The translations under genes and the position numbers were made by a program. This document shows, one piece after another, positions 12,760 through 26,229 of a stretch of 64,000 nucleotides of DNA (position 1 is its first letter; each line of letters begins with the position of its first letter). The notes beneath the pieces were generated by a model. That model did not search any database. It was given only the letters and a program-made list of their open reading frames with translations, and was not told the origin of the DNA. This stretch comes from Mytilus trossulus. Lineage: Eukaryota. Location of the stretch: assembly GCF_036588685.1 (NCBI RefSeq), contig NC_086377.1, forward strand, positions 15,686,001-15,750,000, in the 5' to 3' direction.

Positions 12760-13630
12760 GATATTGACTTATAAAACCTTTACAGCGTATATCACTTTAA
12801 AAACCTTAAATCCAGTATGTGTTCTCTTAGATTTTCTCTAACATATCACATCCAGGACCTTATATATATATATACAGTATGTGTTCTCTTATGTGTTCTC
12901 TAATTTTCAACAATATGCATTCACCACAATTTACTTATGATTATTTCGAAAGTATGAAATCTTGCGTGATCTTGAATAAAGTGATCTATAGTCTACAATA
13001 TGGTCTTATACATGTATCATGTATATATATGGAGCATCTGTATTTAGGTGTTAAACTTTTTCTTTAGGTTCTATGTGAATTTTCTTCCCTGCATTTTGGT
13101 TTCTCCAACAGGCTTGCATTCTGAATAAGAAAAGATAATCATTAAAATTTGAAAAGTACCACGATTTGTGCAAAAGTTGAGATGCAAGTGCAACATAAAA
13201 CTTTGTGTTGAACCATGGAAGTAATATTTAAAAGGAATAACATCGACTATAATTAGCATGTATAAACGGCCTGCAGAGCCCTGTACTAAATTCATATGAT
13301 TTTAGTGAATTGCTTTAAATATAAAAAAAGTACGTAGAATTCATAGTAGATTCAGACTTTAACATAAGATTCCAACAAATATATTAAATGATCTATTTGA
13401 GTATTAAAATTTAGTCCCTTTTTATTTAAAATTACAATCCATTGAAAAATGAAGCACAAGGCTGATGTGCTTTTGACCAGTTTTTCTTATTCTACATGTT
13501 CTATGTCGATTATTTGTTTTATTTTCAAAATTCAAGTGTACGCCCGGGGTTTTTGACGTAAACGTAGCTACGCGCATGGATTAGGACAATTTAATGAGGG
13601 TAGTAAAAGGGATGCCTGCACGGAAAAAAT

Positions 13631-14010
13631 GTGAAATAAGACATAATTTCACTTTGAACATGAAATAAGACATAATTTCACTTTGATCGTGAAATAAGAC
13701 ATAATTTCACTTTGAACGTGAAATAAGACATAATTTCACTTTGAACGTGAAATAAGACATACTGTAACTTTGAACGTGAAATAAGACATATAATCATGAT
13801 AATTTCACTTTGAACGTGAAATAAGACATAATTTCACTTTGAATGTGAAATAAGACATTTATATATAATTATTATTTCACTTTGAACATGAAATAAGACA
13901 TAATTTCACTTTGAAAGTGAAATAAGACATAATTTCACTTTGAAAGTGAAATAAGACATAATTTCACTTTGAAAGTGAAATAAGACATAATTTAAATTTG
14001 AACGTGAAAT
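13631..14010. repeat. 29-bp minisatellite (~12 copies)
   Basis: Unit GAAATAAGACATAATTTCACTTTGAACGT. Confidence 0.9.
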
Positions 14011-16369
14011 AATTTTTGTCGTGAACATTGTACGAAAAATAAAGACTTTGAAGTGAAACTTTTGTGACTGAGTCACATTCTTCTTGTACAAATATAGTGA
14101 AATAAAAAACACTAATCATGTTGCATGAAAATAACCCTTTTTCGCCCTCTTTAATCTCTTCAAACAATGTCAAAGCATTTATAGTAAATTTTCAAACGGG
14201 ACTTAAATTTGATGGACCTGGATTCGTAGAACTTCAATTAACAATGATTTATGTCCCAAAATTTGTGTCAATCTAATTTTACGGAGTACAGTTGGGAAAA
14301 TGATTTAAAAATAGAAGTAGGTCATTGAAGGTCTTGGAAGAAATTGATCAATAATTTTTGAATATTTCTGAAAATATATTTCACCAAAAGAGCATTTATA
14401 CTATAACATGTACAAATGTATAAAGAGCATATGATTTACACTGTCATGACTGTCAAAGGTATAAATATAAAAAAAAAGATGATGTGGTATGATTGCCAAT
14501 GAGACAACTACATGTATCCACAAGCATGGCAAGAGACCAAAAATGACACAGAAATCAACAACTAGGCTATTATATATAGGTCACTGTATGGCCTTCAACA
14601 ATGAACAAAGTCCATTCCACATAGTCAGCTATAAAAAGCCCTGAAGTGACAATGTAAAACAATTCAAACAAGAAAACTAACGGCCTTATTTATGTACAAA
14701 AAATGATTTAAATTAAATAAGTTAGTATTTACATGATAAATATATGCTAAAATTTCTATCTGTTGATAAATATTCATCCTTAAAGTTGAAAGCAAAAAGA
14801 TGTTGCAAATTTCAGCCAACGAAAAATATAAATAACCAAAAGAAAATGCAAATAAAATCAAACATTTGTCAAATGAGATGAATTTGCCACATTATTACAA
14901 ATGATAATCTATAATTAAAATTCATTCACTTTGTTATGTATATCAATATTCTATGTGTATTAGCTGCGTAACCGTAGCTCTTAGGTCCCTATGTTAGTTT
15001 TTAATATTTGCTGAACCATCATGACCATAGATGGTCCACAAAATAGAAAATAAATTAAAAAAAGGACCATAATTAACATGATTAATGTAACAGTTCAGTT
15101 ACTGAGTTAGCTGTATTATGAACATGTATGATCTATCATAATGTATAGTTGTATGATTATCATGTATTTTATGTGGAACCTAAATATATTATTGTATCTC
15201 CTCTCTGTATCTGAGACCAATGAAATGTATCAATTGTCACTATTTACATGATTTAAGTCTATACACATTCTTGGTGAGACTAGTATTGAGACTACTAAAT
15301 AGACTAGTGTCTCCTGGTGTCTCAGTAGTTATCCTCGCCTGTTCAACAGCTGTTCAATGAAGTGTTTTAGGTGTCAGACCACCAATTACTCCCTCCAATT
15401 TAGAACGTATGTAAAAGCTGTTCTTTGAAGTGTAATTTTTCGTTTATAGATCATGGATATTAAAGACAACCCATTAATTCAGAAACCAAGAGACTATATT
15501 CTCACCATATTATTACGTTTTAATGCGTCGCATAACTGTTACAGAATATTTATGAAAAGAATATTAACGGAAAAAGTGGACTCACAAAAATGGAAAAACA
15601 CATCAGGTTAATATCTAGGTCGTTCCGGTTGGAATGAAGACAACTCGGACCAAAAATAAAACTCGTACCATTCCAAATCGATCTTCTGTGAGTGTTTGTA
15701 ATTTATCGTTCTAGAGTTATGCCCTTTTTTCTAATACGTTGTTTATAAATAATTGACATATGATATTGTGGAATAATTATTAAATTATTAAATTATCGCC
15801 TGTACAGAAAAGCACAGGTTTTTCCAAATAAATTTTGACAGACAACGTAAAGTTATATTTGATTTATTAATTGGTAAATATTTGATGTATTTATGTTATT
15901 TGTGTTTAACGCCATTTTCAGCACTATTTCGTAAGGGTCACATTATTGGTGGATGCAGACAGGGTGTTCGTAGAGAAATACAGATCTTCCAATATCGGCT
16001 GAAAACTGACAATCAAATTCAATCCTTGTCAATTAAAATTTCTTATACCACAGGTCGGCCACCGAGGCTATTGCATAGTGTGTGTGCAATGACACGTTTG
16101 GTTGTTTTATTTTCTAGGGAGATCGATGCTTCAATCATTCTTCATATACAAGCAATTGGCGACCGACTGTCACATTTGATACATTCTGGACTTTAACAAA
16201 TTTTAGTTTGTGTGGGACCAGGTTTTTTGTTAAAAAGTTAAACTAATTTTATCATACGGCTTGTAGAGCTTGATATATATAGATTATAAAATGACATTTT
16301 TCATATCAGACCTTTATATATGTCATGATCTGTTGTCATGATAGCAGCCCAGTTTTATGAATTATTATT

Positions 16370-16564
16370 GAGGGGGGTCGGAGGGGCCCTGATCCCAATA
16401 TTTCAGGCTTAAAAACCTGAAAACCCGAGGTCCCGATTTAAATAAAAATTAAATCCCGACATCCCTAAATACGAAAAAAGAATTCCCGGATCCCGAAAGG
16501 ATTAATCCTGAAATCAACGAGTTTTAAAACACCCGATCCCGACGTTCCGACCCCCCTCCCCCTC
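16370..16564. mobile_element. Small MITE-like element with ATCCCG subrepeats
   Basis: GAGGGG...CCCCTC termini within an ATT-repeat target, with repeated ATCCCG motifs. Confidence 0.5.
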
Positions 16565-17356
16565 ATTATTAACCTTGATAACAACAGACCGAAAGTATCG
16601 TGTCAAAATCTTGAAAACATAAGACAAACAAGTATAAGTCTTGGAAAATACAGCTATCAATTATTGAAGCAGTCTGCTTTACAAGACCTCATGCAAATTG
16701 TCAAATACAGTATGCAAATAAAGTTAGTGTATATATCAAAGAGACAGAAGATATAGAAGGAAAACAAGTCTTAGCTCAAACTGACAACTCACTAAAACCG
16801 GGGTATCACAGGTACTCCGGAAGGGTTAGAATATACCGATCCTTACGTGACACCCTTCAAATATTGGAATCTAGCAGACACAGGATTCAAATAGACACTA
16901 GGAGTAGACATTTACAATCAACGGTGACGGTTTCTACAGTGACGTTGACAGACATTTGATTTAATTGATTTCATGTTGTTTGCTTATATAAATACGCAAA
17001 TATTGACAATAATTTTATAAAGGAGACTTCTTGTACTAATTTGTCTGTATTACTCATCTGACCTATTGTCCAAATTCGTATTATTAAAAGTCAATCTGTC
17101 ATCATATGAAAATTGGGATTATTGATTAAAACTATTGAATGTTTTAAGTTTGGTACATGTATTACAGTCCCTATTATAATCACGTCATTTAAATTTGATA
17201 CCTTTTAAGTTTATCAGATGAATCTTATAATTGTAAGCAGATTTATCAATGCAAATATACACCATCTGTATTTGAAATATTTATAATTGTTTTACCCTTT
17301 GTATAGCATGGCGTGTAGGTGTGAGTTCGTCAATACTTATCATAATAGGTGCTCCA

Positions 17357-17423
17357 TTTATAAGTTGATTCGTTAGGGCACAGGCACACTAATCTTCAAC
17401 TCTTTAGGAATTAAGGACAAAAC
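17357..17423 (+). promoter_or_regulatory. Candidate TATA box and non-coding first exon of the TIMP-like gene
   Basis: TTTATAAG at ~17357, then a strong donor AAC|GTGAGT at 17424. The next acceptor (TTTTGTAG, 17715) lies 1 nt before the ATG. Confidence 0.4.
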
Positions 17424-17716
17424 GTGAGTAGCTTCTCGAAATTTTATCACCTAAAATGCATATAAAGCGTTTGTTTTAATGTTCAACCACATACTTATAT
17501 ATAGAAACACATTTTTATATATGTTGACTGCTGTTTTTTTTTTTTTTACGAATTTCTGTTGTTGTCAATTTTTTTTCGACTTACGTTTTTTTTTATTATT
17601 CCTATTTATTTTGTGTGAAGGTATCAGTTTTCGCTAAATTGGTCTTCCTGAAATACGGATGATAAAATAATTTTAGCCGCCAATTGTACATTCGTAGTTA
17701 TTCTATATTTTGTAGA

Positions 17717-20700
17717 ATGAAAATGTACTCGCTATCAGTGTTCTTGTTAGTGATCATCACTACTGTAGTAGTATCAGAAGCATGCGACTGTACAAAAACA
17801 TCATTGAAAACAGTGCTTAAAGACAACGACTCATTTTGTAAGTAGGTCTACATGATACTATTTACCCGTTTTTCAGACACAGTCTTGTGTTCACTGTGAA
17901 ATGTTAAATTTCGTAATTTTTCGTGATTAATTTTCAAATTCATTGTCATGGTGAATTCTCCTTTCCATTTTAAAAATATTTTTCCCTTTGAGTAAAATTA
18001 AGAATGGAAATGGGGGAGAACAGAAAAGAACAGAAAACAGCCGATGGCCACCCATTGAGTACCTTCATCTCATATATTCCAGTAAACTTGATTTATTATA
18101 TAAGAATACTATTCTATGTTGTGATGTTATGCTATTGTTTCAGAAAAAGGGAGAAGGTTTGGATCCATTAAAACGTTTAATCCCGCTGCAAATGTTTGCA
18201 CCTGTCCTAAGTCAGGAATTTGATGTACAGTAGTTGTCGTTTGTTTATGTAATATATACGTGTTTCTCGTTTCTCGTTTTGTTTATATAGATTAGACCGT
18301 TTGTTGTCCCGTTTGAATGGTTTAACACTAGTAATTTTGGGGCCCTTTATAGCTTATTGTTCGGTGTGAGCCAAGGCTCCGTGTTGAAGGCCGTACTTTA
18401 ACCTATAATGGTTTAATTTTTAAATTGTTATTTGGAAGGAGAGTTGTCTCATTGGCACTCACACCACATCTTCCTATATCTATATTCAGATGAAAAAAGT
18501 TTCTGCATATCTATAAAAAAAAAAAAAAAAAAAAAAAAAATTAAGCTTTTTTCAAATTGACGTCGGAAGATGATGAAAACCTACAAAATATGACAACCGT
18601 TGAGATATAATTTTCTTTATATTGTCGACTTCCCATTTTGAATATATACCCTGTTGGCCTAACTGCTCATATTTACCTTAACCTTAACCTCTTGATAATA
18701 CGTGCTTACTTTTGTCAAATTGATTTAAATTTTTTCCTAAATCATGATAAAAGGATATTATTAAGGTATGAAACTGACTTTGTCGTTTCAAAAGTTATTC
18801 GATGTACTTATGTTTGATTGATAGTTACACTGAGACTGTGTAAATTAACTTGACTTAATGGGGAGATAACACTTTGTGTACAATCATGTTTATGTTTCAC
18901 AATTTATATGAGCTATCATCCAACCTTTCAAATAGTCCAGTCAATCTAGCATAAATTTGACCCTAACCTAAAAGTAATTGCAACAGAAGATTTTTAAGTT
19001 TTAATCTTTAGCATTATACCCCAAATATACACAGAAAAAAGTCCCATAAAATCTAACTTGAGGAAGACTAAAAAAATCACCATTTAAAATTCCTATGTAG
19101 ATTTGTATTGAAAAGGGAGATAACTCTTGCAAAAAAGGCAGAAATATCAATAAAAATTGATACAAAATTATAACTTTACCGCTTCTATCCATCAGAATGT
19201 ATTGATTTTTGATTTTTTAGGGGTCTTTACAGTATAATAAACAACTTTTAAGGTGTTTTCATATATTTTATCAAGCTTTAATCTAGATTTCGTTATTCAA
19301 TAGTTGACCATTTATTGAATTTTTCAACATGTCAAGGTAAAGAATCTCAAATTTAATAAAAATAATTAAGCATGTATTTTTCTTTTTGTGGTTTAAAGTT
19401 TCTTTAGATAGGTAAGTTGCTGAAATAATATACTATACAGATATAAACATTACCAAATTTTCACATTATTTTTTCAAAATGGTTACAAATATATATAAGC
19501 TTCAAATTTGCAAATTCTTTAATGAAAAATGCATGAAAAAAATAAAACTACCCATACCATTTTGGTTTTGTACATTTCATGAGCAGAAGATTATATATTT
19601 CAGTCAAATACAAACTTATAACCCCATCAAAGTATCATACTGTACATACCTTTCAAGAAAAACAACAAAAAACTGACCAAAAAAGACTCATTTTTGTAAG
19701 AGTTATCTCCCCTTCCAATGTTAATTTCCATAGGAAATTAAAAGTGCTGATTTTGAGTTTTCCTCAATTTAGATTTTATGGGACTTTTTTCTGTGTATAT
19801 AAAGGGCATACTGCTATAGATTAGAACTAAAACATTTTCTGTTGCAATTAGTTTTAGGTTAAATCTTAGTTTGACTGGACTAAAACGTTTGTTCTAATAT
19901 GACGTCCTTATTACGCTTTGTTAACAAAGCCATGTTCTAATTCGAATAGAACATAGGCTGCACGTGATTGACGTCACAATTGAAATTGCAACGTCAGATG
20001 AATTTTGAACAACGCCAGAGATCAAAATGGACATTTTTTATGGTATTGCTCGCTAGTAAATTAAATAAAAAACATTCTAAAAGTCAGTTTAAATGTTTTT
20101 GTTCTTTTTTTGTTGATAAACTGTTGCTTTTTCTATAACGTTTTTGTTCATCAAACAAAATGGCGACATTTCGAGCGTGTACTGTAGGTCCGCTTCGAAG
20201 TACAAAAGTTCAAAATATTCCTATTAGAATCGAAATAATTCTATCATGCCATGCTCTATGCTCATTTTAACATGGGTAGGCATTATATTTGTAAACATTT
20301 AATACCTCGCTATCGCTCGGTATTAAGATATTAACAAATATAATGCCTACCCATGTTAAAATGAGCATAGAGCATGGCATGAAAGAATTATTTCTTAATT
20401 AAATACGAATGGAACCACAATTTTTAGAAACCAAACACTGGAAACTTATCAGATAGAATACCAGCTTATCAGATCAGCACGAAGCACAAAAGAATAGCAG
20501 CTTATCAGGTCAGCACAAAAGTCAAGATAGACCAAGACCAAGACGCAACATGTCAGATTAAGAGTACTCGCAGTTACAGTTCCTTAATTTTCTTTTCTTT
20601 TTCTTTTTCTAGTAATCAAAGGAAAAGTTCTGAACTCTGCAGAATGGTTTACAGGATTGAATATTGATTTTGATATCGAACAAGACTATAAAGTGAGTAT

Positions 20701-21290
20701 TTCATGCAGTCGTTGTTTTTTTATTTTTTTATTTTTTTTTTTTATCAAAGCAACTTTAAAAAAAATACTTCATTGTAAATAATTGTTTCTACCAGCTTCA
20801 ATGGGTAATTTATGATTAGTCGTTCTAAATCTGCAAAATTCTACAAGATTTTTGTTATCTAAAATATCTAAATAAGCTTCAGAACTAAAACTATCTTTAA
20901 ATACTTTGTAATTTATGGCTTTTGGTGATTCTTCTAACAGTAAATGCCAATTCTGTTCAAATTGATCTTTAAGGTTTCTACTAACTGTAAGACGTAGCCA
21001 ATTCAAATTAATAAAAGTTTGTGAATTCCAAATATATGTTAAGCCACATTCATTCAAAATATTTTTTATGTTATCTAACCATAAAAATTTATCTCCATTT
21101 ACAAATGACAATTGAAAACATAAGTTATAGACTAAGTGATAGTCCACCGTCAGAAGTATCATGACAACCGAATACTCGAAAGCCAATGGAATATAAAAGA
21201 GCCGACACAGTTGAAGAGCTATTTGAATATAGCATTTGTCCATGTTGTATTTTTTTGTCCTATTTCTATAGAATTCTAATAGAAAAGAAA

Positions 21291-21324
<34 letters not shown>

Positions 21325-23888
21325 GGTATTCGTCCTGGTCACACAATCAGTCTATGGATAGCACCAAACACAAAACGAAAAGCAAAACAATGCTTCTATG
21401 GCTGTTCTTCATCTTAAAGTCACAGCGAGACTTTCAACAACGAGGAACAAATATTTGGGCTATTTTTTTCTTCTGTTTACATTTTGTATTTTGCACTCAT
21501 TCCCCATTATTCTCTGTTCTACAGACCCTCTTGTATTGGGTTCTTGTCTCGATGATTTACACGTGTACAAAATTGGCATATACACAATTTTTTTTCAAAT
21601 GAAGAATAACCGGTACAATTTAAAAGGAACTGTCAGATATTTGATGAAAATATTCATATTTTAAAACAATAAATCAAATAGGATGAACAGCCTATAGGTT
21701 AATGCTACGGTACTAACATGATATATAAAATGTACTTATATAAATCATTAAGAAACTAACTAGATCCAAAGTCCTTCTGGCACATCTATTTAAGGTCAAT
21801 TTTACTAAATCAAGTGAATACCGAAGCACTGACCTATGACCCCCTCACCAATTGATGGCCCAATCAACAAATTTGATTTATTGTCTATAAAAGAAAACAG
21901 GTATATGGATACCCCATATTGAAGTAGTTAATACAGTCTCCGACTTTCCAATTTCTGTGTTTCAGGGTCTCTGATAAATGTAACTTCCAGAAAAGTTCGC
22001 CAGAATTGGGAACAGTATATCTGAAATTAATTTATATGTTCCTAGTCGAACTCACCAAAGTAAAGGTGTCATTTTCATCATTTAAGTTTTTGTTACTGAT
22101 TTTCAGAACAACATGAAAGATATAAATGGTACTCCTCGTAAACAAGTCGTTTTATTGTCACCAGTTATTCAGATGCATTGTGGCATAAGTCTCGAAGTTA
22201 ACAAATGTTATCTGATATCGGGTAGGTATACAACCTAAAAACATTTATTATGTATTTTGACAAAAATAACATCTAATATTGGAATATTTGTGTTGTGGTA
22301 GTCAGTTTGACAAAATATATACTTGATCTGACATTCATCAAAACGAGAAACAAATAGGAGTTAAGAGTGAAATTCCGTAACAGATATATGTTAAGTGAAA
22401 TGTTAGTGACCCGATGTCTGTTCCATCTGTAATATATATCTATGCCAACTTGTGATCTGATTCAATGTAGGCTAACAAAACCGAGAAGCATGCATGGACA
22501 CAAGGTGGAAGATTTTTGCGCATGTCCCAAGTCAGAAGCCTCTGGTCTTTGTTAGTCTTGTATTATTTTAATTTTAGTTTCTTGTGTACAATTTGGAAAT
22601 TAGTATGGCGTTCATTATCACTGAACTAGTATATATTTGTTTAGGGGCCAGCTGAAGGACGCCTCCGGGTGCGGGAATTTCTCGTTACATTGAAGACCTG
22701 TTGATGACCTTCTGCTAGTTTTTTTTTCTATGGTCGGGTTGTTGTCTCTTTGATACATTCCCCATTTCCATTCTCAATTTTATAAATAAAATACAGAGCG
22801 GTTTGGGGATAGTTTAGTGAATTTAAACATCAGAATCGCCAACTAAGTTAGGTTGTTCCAGTATTTACTTTAACAAGACTAGACGACGCACGAGAAATCG
22901 CGGTACAATTAAGCAAGTGTTGAAACAAACAGTTTTTTTTTCATTTTCGAGGGCAGTAAATCGACTGAGAATGTGCCAATCGATTACGGTCTATGAATTT
23001 AGATATTTTCTCAAAACACTTAGTTTTCTGTGGAATAAAAAATGTTATTTCAAAAATAACGACTTAGCTTAATTAACTCGTTATAACAACTTAGCTTAGT
23101 CGTTATAACGACTTAGCTAATTTAACTCGTTATAACAACTTAGCTTACTCGTTATAACGACTTAGCTAAGTCGTTTAAACAACTTAGCTAAGTTGTTGAA
23201 ACGAGATAGGTAAGTTGTTTAAACGACTTAGAAATGTCGTTATAACGAGTAAGCTAAGTTGTTATAACTAGTTAAATTAGCTAAGTCGTTATAACAAGTT
23301 AGCTAAGTTGTGTAAACAAGTTAGCTAAGTCGTTTAAACGAGTTAGTTTGGTTGTTTAAATAAGTAAGCCAAGTCTTTGAAACAAGTTAGCTAAGTTGTT
23401 ATAACAAGATAAATATGATAACTCGTTATAACAACTTAGCTAAGTTGTTTAAAAAAGTAAGTTAAGTCGTTAAAACAAGTTAGCTAAGTTGTTATAACAA
23501 GATAAATATGTTAAGTCGTTTTAAAAAGTTAGCTAAGTTGTTATAACAAGGTAAATATGCTAAGTCGTTATAACCACTTAGCTCAGTCGTTTTAAAAAGT
23601 TAGCTAAATCGTTATAACGACTTAAAAATAAAACTCTACCCTGACACTAAGCGGCTTTCGGACATAGCAGTGTATGAGCATACATCGTTCACGTTGACTT
23701 TGTCATCGACATCTTTGCCTTTATACAACTGTATTTATTTTGTAGGTAAACTTCAGCGTGAGACACATGACATTTATTACAGAGTGAACTCTTGTGAGCT
23801 TCTGGTGGAATGTAAGAAAGCCAGAAAACTGAAGAGAATGGAGAAAAAAGTTAAAATTTACCAGGCTTTAGCTAAGCTAGCAGGTTGA
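17717..23888 (+). CDS. Secreted single-domain TIMP-like / netrin-module (NTR) protein, 152 aa, 4 coding exons
   Basis: Exons 17717-17837, 20613-20692, 22107-22221, 23746-23888, all GT-AG with compatible phases (1,0,1). Signal peptide MKMYSLSVFLLVIITTVVVSEA is followed directly by C-D-C. LIKGKV corresponds to the TIMP VIRAK motif; HCGISLEVNKCYLISG; six Cys; AATAAA at ~23910. Confidence 0.85.
18933..19882. mobile_element. Non-autonomous DNA transposon, Academ-like (TAG...CTA termini, long TIRs)
   Basis: TAGTCCAGTCAA / TTGACTGGACTA termini, imperfect inverted arms of ~200 bp, AAA on both flanks (3-bp TSD). Confidence 0.75.
20232..20394. mobile_element. Long palindromic (hairpin) element with a central CTCG/CTCG bubble
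   Basis: Near-perfect inverted arms GAAATAATTCT...AGAATTATTTC. A GACGTC-rich tail lies upstream (~19900-20230). Confidence 0.8.
20770..21135 (-). mobile_element. Non-LTR retrotransposon ORF2 C-terminal fragment (RTEX-like) in TIMP intron 2
   Basis: Translation WLDNIKNILNECGLTYIW...LKDQFEQNW...YKVFK...YL...FRTTNHKLPIEAGR matches the post-RT RxxxHxLxIExGR region typical of these LINEs. Confidence 0.75.
22518..22783 (+). mobile_element. Short interspersed repeat, family B
   Basis: GGGGCCAGCTGAAGGACGCCTCCGGGTGCGGG...CATTCCCCATTTCCATTCTCAATTTTAT. A longer inverted copy lies at ~27113-27565 and a fragment at ~60755-60860. Confidence 0.75.
23054..23625. repeat. ~21-bp palindromic-unit satellite arranged in inverted orientation (probable MITE interior)
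   Basis: Repeats of CGTTATAACGACTTAGCTAAGT and its reverse complement. Confidence 0.8.
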
Positions 23889-24689
23889 AATATAGTTGTG
23901 GACCAAATGAATAAAAATTATTAATTTATGTTATTGTTAATTGATATACATTGTAAATCAAATCTACATCCACACATTCAAGTACAAATATGAATAGTTT
24001 TGTTACGTCTTAAGTTTTTATGCGATGCTTTGTGTTTATTGGTTTTATCCTTTTTTCGTTTTTTTTAATCATGGTATTGTCCGTTTTATTGTTTATTTTC
24101 TTTCCCAAAATGCCTCGTATCTTCGTTCAGATGTACATCTACATGCAACGGTTTAACATTTCACTACTCGTAAATACTACCTTTGAGCTACTTGCATGTT
24201 TACGTTATGCACATACTTTTTTTCATGTTCCACCCCTAACAGTCCCTAGTTTGCGACCCATTCAATATTCAAGTCTGACAATTACTGCAAAATAATAAAA
24301 ATTAAAGCATGTAATCATTCAAACAAAATGTTCTTCCTTTGTAAATATAGCCTTGAGATTTCAAGTTAATTTTTTTTTTATTACACGTTTTATTATTAAT
24401 GATAATTAAAAGTAACGCTAAATATGAAAAAGGAAGATGTGGTATGTATCCATTGAAAAATCTCTCCATACAAGACCGGATGACACGGAAATTAACAAAT
24501 AATTAGGTCTTCAACAATGAAAAACACACTATGTAGTCAGCTAGCTAGAAAGGCCCCTGCATGGAAAGTGTATTTTAGATTACCTCAGCTGTATTTGGCA
24601 AAACTTTTAGGAATTTTGGTCCTCAATGCTCTTCAACTTAGTACTTTATTTGGCTTTTTTTTTTTTTTTTTTTTAACTTTTTTGGATTC

Positions 24690-24736
24690 GAGCGTCACTG
24701 ATGAGTCTTTTGTAGACGAAACGCGTGTCTGGCGTA
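24690..24736 (+). ncRNA. Type I hammerhead ribozyme motif (partial retrozyme copy ~24578-24775)
   Basis: GCGTCA-CTGATGA-GTCT tttgt AGAC-GAAA-CGCGT-GTC-TGGCGT: intact core, stems I and II, GUC triplet. Confidence 0.85.
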
Positions 24737-26229
24737 TATACTAAATTTAGTCCTTGTATCTATGATGAGTTTTTTTACCGATTCAAACGAGAAAAATTAA
24801 CGGAATGATTTTTGTACAATATAATGAAAGAGAAACCAATATGATATACATCAACAAACGAGTCGACAACACTGAATTACATTCTCCTGACCTGAGGTGG
24901 GAGTTTGGGTTATGCTAAGTTGAAGGCACATACCCTCCCCTTACCTGTATTAGTGGTGTAGCAGTAAAGCATAATAACAAGCTATATATAGAAACCAGTT
25001 GAAAAGGGCCGAACTAATCAGATCAATACAGAGCAAAGATACATCTAACAAAAACACAACCCGTACCTGGAAGAGTACTTATACATCACCACAACCAATA
25101 AGGAACCAGGGACAGTTCTTATAGTACTGTACTCGCAACCACTTACAGCTAGTTCAAAAGCAAAAAATAACTAGTCTTGCATCTAAGACTTACAAATGTA
25201 CCTATCATTTAGTACACATACAACAGCAATGTAAAGACGTCATTAACAATTAGACCTTCAAGTTGTACAATGACAATCGACAGATTGTAGAGCTAAATGC
25301 ACACTTAGGAGTAAAAAGGCATATGCTCTTTATGAAACTAATTGGGTGTTTTTCTTTTTTCTTTTTAATATTTAATACTTTTATTAGTACCTTAGTTTAA
25401 ACAGTAGCTACATTTATTATACTCCTTAAACCTTTGTCTTGCATCCACTACAATTTTTTTTTAAGTCGATGAAAAAACATTCACTGCGAAAAACAAACAA
25501 TTTGGCATTCAAAAATAGTTTTTATTTTTGGTTGAATTATCTTTTTAAGTTCATATTAAAGAAAATTTACTTGAAGAAGTAAACACTGAACGGAAAATTA
25601 GAAAATTAGGTTGACATTGATTCATGTTCAATAAACAAAACAGGGTGAGGTGGAAATAAATTAACTTAAAAAATGTAGTAACTCAAACATTTCAAAATTC
25701 TCAAATCTAATATAAAAAAAAAGTTTTCCGAAGCAGTTGAACATGTAGAAATGTTTGCAATTATAAAATTATCATTTTCGGCCATAGACTGTCCTAATCA
25801 TTATTCTTAATTTTGAATTTGCCAACATTTTCCTAAATTGTCAAAAAACAAAAATTTTGATTGACTCAATGTAACAACTGCGTAAAAATGAAAATTGACA
25901 ATTTTATTGAATAATCATGGTCTAGTTATAAGTAAAATAAATGTGGTATATATAGATAAGAGTCCAAAGCTCGAGGACATATTTCGAACATTGACCAGCA
26001 GATGACATACGGTGAAATTTTAAAATAACGCAATTTAACTTTTAACAGATAAAATCTTATTATTAAAAACAAAGTACTTGTATAGGTTTGAAGGCTATAT
26101 TTTTATAAATGCCTGCGGAAATTATCATTGATACCGCTCTTCTCCGTCAAATGATAAAAATATTTTATGCTTATATATAAATATACTTGGTGGTTTTCGA
26201 AAACAAGAATAATTCAGCATAGGGGAAAC

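Noticed and set aside
20770-21342. 190-aa ORF as a host gene
   Set aside because: A chimera of a (TA)n tract and a LINE ORF2 fragment within an intron.
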